From: Shigella phage ESh12
Sequence record: ON528724
Strand: one strand, 5' to 3'
Length of the DNA: 39,704 bases
Shown: positions 36,914 through 39,704 of the stretch, one piece after another
Numbering within the stretch: the stretch's first letter is position 1
How the letters are laid out: every line of letters starts with the position of its first letter
Notes under the pieces: model-generated
Told to the model about the DNA's origin: nothing
The model's database searches: none
What the model saw: only the letters and a program-made list of their open reading frames with translations
Translations under genes and position numbers: made by a program

Positions 36914-37390
36914 ATGGAACTTAGAGAGAAACTAAAGGCTTACAGCGAAGTTTCTCATAACGGGTGCTGGGAGTGGCAACGCTACCGGATGCCCTGTGGT
37001 TACGGTAGGATTAGACACGGAGGCCGAATGGAACTAACGCATCGTCTATCCTACCTAGCATTCAACGGGGATATACCTGATGGTCTTGTTGTTCGACATA
37101 AGTGTGACAACAAATGCTGCGTTAACCCTGAGCACCTTACGCTGGGTACTCAAAAGGACAACGTTAAGGATGCAATAGACCGTGGTCAATTCGTCTACAG
37201 GGAGAACCCGAAAGGTGCAAAGCACCACATGGCTAAACTTAATGAGAAACAGGTTATGGAGGTTTACAACTCGACACAGACCCAAAGCAGCCTAGCAGAG
37301 ACCTATGGTGTATCTCGACAATTAATCAGCGCGATTAAGAGAGGTAAACTATGGCAGCACGTTACGCAGCACGCGGAGTTAAACGAGTAG
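36914..37390 (+). CDS. HNH endonuclease (paralog of 33532..33948)
   Basis: 158 aa; HKCDNKCCVNPEHLTLGTQKDN HNH core; ATG immediately after gp2.5 stop; 3 prime end overlaps gene 3 by 40 nt. Confidence 0.8.
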   Translation: MELREKLKAYSEVSHNGCWEWQRYRMPCGYGRIRHGGRMELTHRLSYLAFNGDIPDGLVVRHKCDNKCCVNPEHLTLGTQKDNVKDAIDRGQFVYRENPKGAKHHMAKLNEKQVMEVYNSTQTQSSLAETYGVSRQLISAIKRGKLWQHVTQHAELNE

Positions 37391-37806
37391 GATCATATAG
37401 AAGCGGCTTAGAGCAGAAGAACATGGAGATGCTGGAACGCAAGGGAATCAAGGGACAGTATGAAATGTGGTCTATTCCATATGTTATCCCTGCATCGACC
37501 CACAAGTACACACCAGACATAATCCTACCCAATGGAATCATTATTGAGACCAAGGGTCTATGGGATAGTGAAGACCGTAAGAAACACTTACTGATTCGTG
37601 AGCAGATGCCTGAGTTGGATATTCGTTTGGTATTCTCTTCGAGCCGCTCTAAGTTATACAAAGGGTCTCCAACCAGTTACGGTGAGTGGGCCGAAAAGCA
37701 TGGTATTCTATTTGCTGACAAGCTGATTCCTGTGGAGTGGCTTAAAGAACCTAAGAAGGAGATACCGTGGGATAAACTAATTGCAAAGAAAGGAGTTAAG
37801 AAATAA
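37351..37806 (+). CDS. 3: Endonuclease I gp3 (Holliday-junction resolvase)
   Basis: 151 aa; PYVIPAS, YTPDIILPNGIIIETKGLW, KKHLLIREQ, VFSSSRSKLYKGSPTSYGEW match T7 gp3. Confidence 0.92.
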   Translation: MAARYAARGVKRVGSYRSGLEQKNMEMLERKGIKGQYEMWSIPYVIPASTHKYTPDIILPNGIIIETKGLWDSEDRKKHLLIREQMPELDIRLVFSSSRSKLYKGSPTSYGEWAEKHGILFADKLIPVEWLKEPKKEIPWDKLIAKKGVKK

Positions 37807-38261
37807 TGGCTAAGGTACAATTCAAAACGCGCGCTTCTACGGAAGCAATCTTTGTTCACTGTAGTGCAACCAAGCCAAGCCAGAACATTGGCGTTCGTGA
37901 GATTCGTCAGTGGCACAAAGAGCAGGGCTGGTTAGACGTAGGATATCACTTCATCATCAAGCGTGATGGCACTGTGGAAGCAGGCCGCGATGAACTGGCT
38001 GTAGGTTCCCACGTGAAAGGTTACAACCACAACTCCGTAGGCGTATGCCTCGTGGGTGGGATTGATGATAAAGGCAAGTTCGACGCCAACTTTACACCTG
38101 CGCAAATGCAAGCGCTGCGTAGTCTGCTGGTCACGCTGCTGGCGAAGTATGAGGGTTCAATCCTTCGCGCTCACCATGACGTTGCACCCAAAGCCTGCCC
38201 GTCCTTCGACTTGAAGCGCTGGTGGGAGAAGAACGAACTGGTTACATCTGACCGAGGGTGA
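37806..38261 (+). CDS. 3.5: Lysozyme gp3.5 (N-acetylmuramoyl-L-alanine amidase, RNAP inhibitor)
   Basis: 151 aa, same length as T7 lysozyme; zinc ligands and strong similarity. Confidence 0.95.
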   Translation: MAKVQFKTRASTEAIFVHCSATKPSQNIGVREIRQWHKEQGWLDVGYHFIIKRDGTVEAGRDELAVGSHVKGYNHNSVGVCLVGGIDDKGKFDANFTPAQMQALRSLLVTLLAKYEGSILRAHHDVAPKACPSFDLKRWWEKNELVTSDRG

Positions 38262-38265
38262 TACC

Positions 38266-38371
38266 ATGAGGATGATTTGTATTCGCTGTGATAAGCCGTT
38301 GAAGAGTCGTGTACCGTCACGTCAGTGTCAGTGCAAAGACCCAATCAAGGCGGAGGAACACACCGAGGAAT

Positions 38372-38373
<2 letters not shown>
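38266..38373 (+). CDS. gp3.7-like small Cys-rich protein (35 aa)
   Basis: MRMICIRCDKPLKSRVPSRQCQCKD...; below ORF-track cutoff; zinc-ribbon-like CxxC...CxC. Confidence 0.4.

Positions 38374-39704
<1,331 letters not shown>

Overview
The window is a complete, circularly permuted genome of a T3-like lytic podovirus (T7 family, T3 promoter specificity, about 39.7 kb). All calls come from reading the sequence and comparing translations to T7/T3 proteins from memory; no database search was run. Every gene is on the + strand. The window starts inside gene 4 (primase/helicase) and ends in the same gene in the same frame, so the two window ends are contiguous. Gene order is 4.3, 4.5, 5 (DNA polymerase), 5.5, 5.7, 5.9, 6, 6.3, 6.5, 6.7, 7.3, 8, 9, 10, 11, 12, 13, 14, 15, 16, 17, 17.5, 18, 18.5/18.7, 19, 19.5, then the concatemer junction (terminal repeat, CCTAAAG heptamer arrays, host promoters A1-A3), then the early region 0.3 (SAM-degrading enzyme), 0.7 (kinase), 1 (T3-type RNA polymerase), 1.05, 1.1, 1.2, 1.3 (ligase), 1.6, 1.7, 1.8, 2, 2.5, 3, 3.5, 3.7 and back into 4. 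I count 15 T3-type promoters (consensus AATTAACCCTCACTAAAGGGAGA), three sigma70 early promoters, nine RNase III-type hairpins, and the TE and Tphi terminators. What is not standard backbone: a tail fiber with a C-terminal extension carrying a self-cleaving chaperone-type motif; three free-standing nuclease genes (two paralogous HNH endonucleases wedged between 1.2/1.3 and 2.5/3, and an endonuclease VII-like gene in the early region); and an expanded 0.3-0.7 early accessory region of small unassigned ORFs. I found no tRNA, CRISPR array, integrase or minus-strand gene. I did not find a clearly novel multi-gene system; the best candidates for undescribed biology are the early accessory ORFs and the tail fiber C-terminal module.
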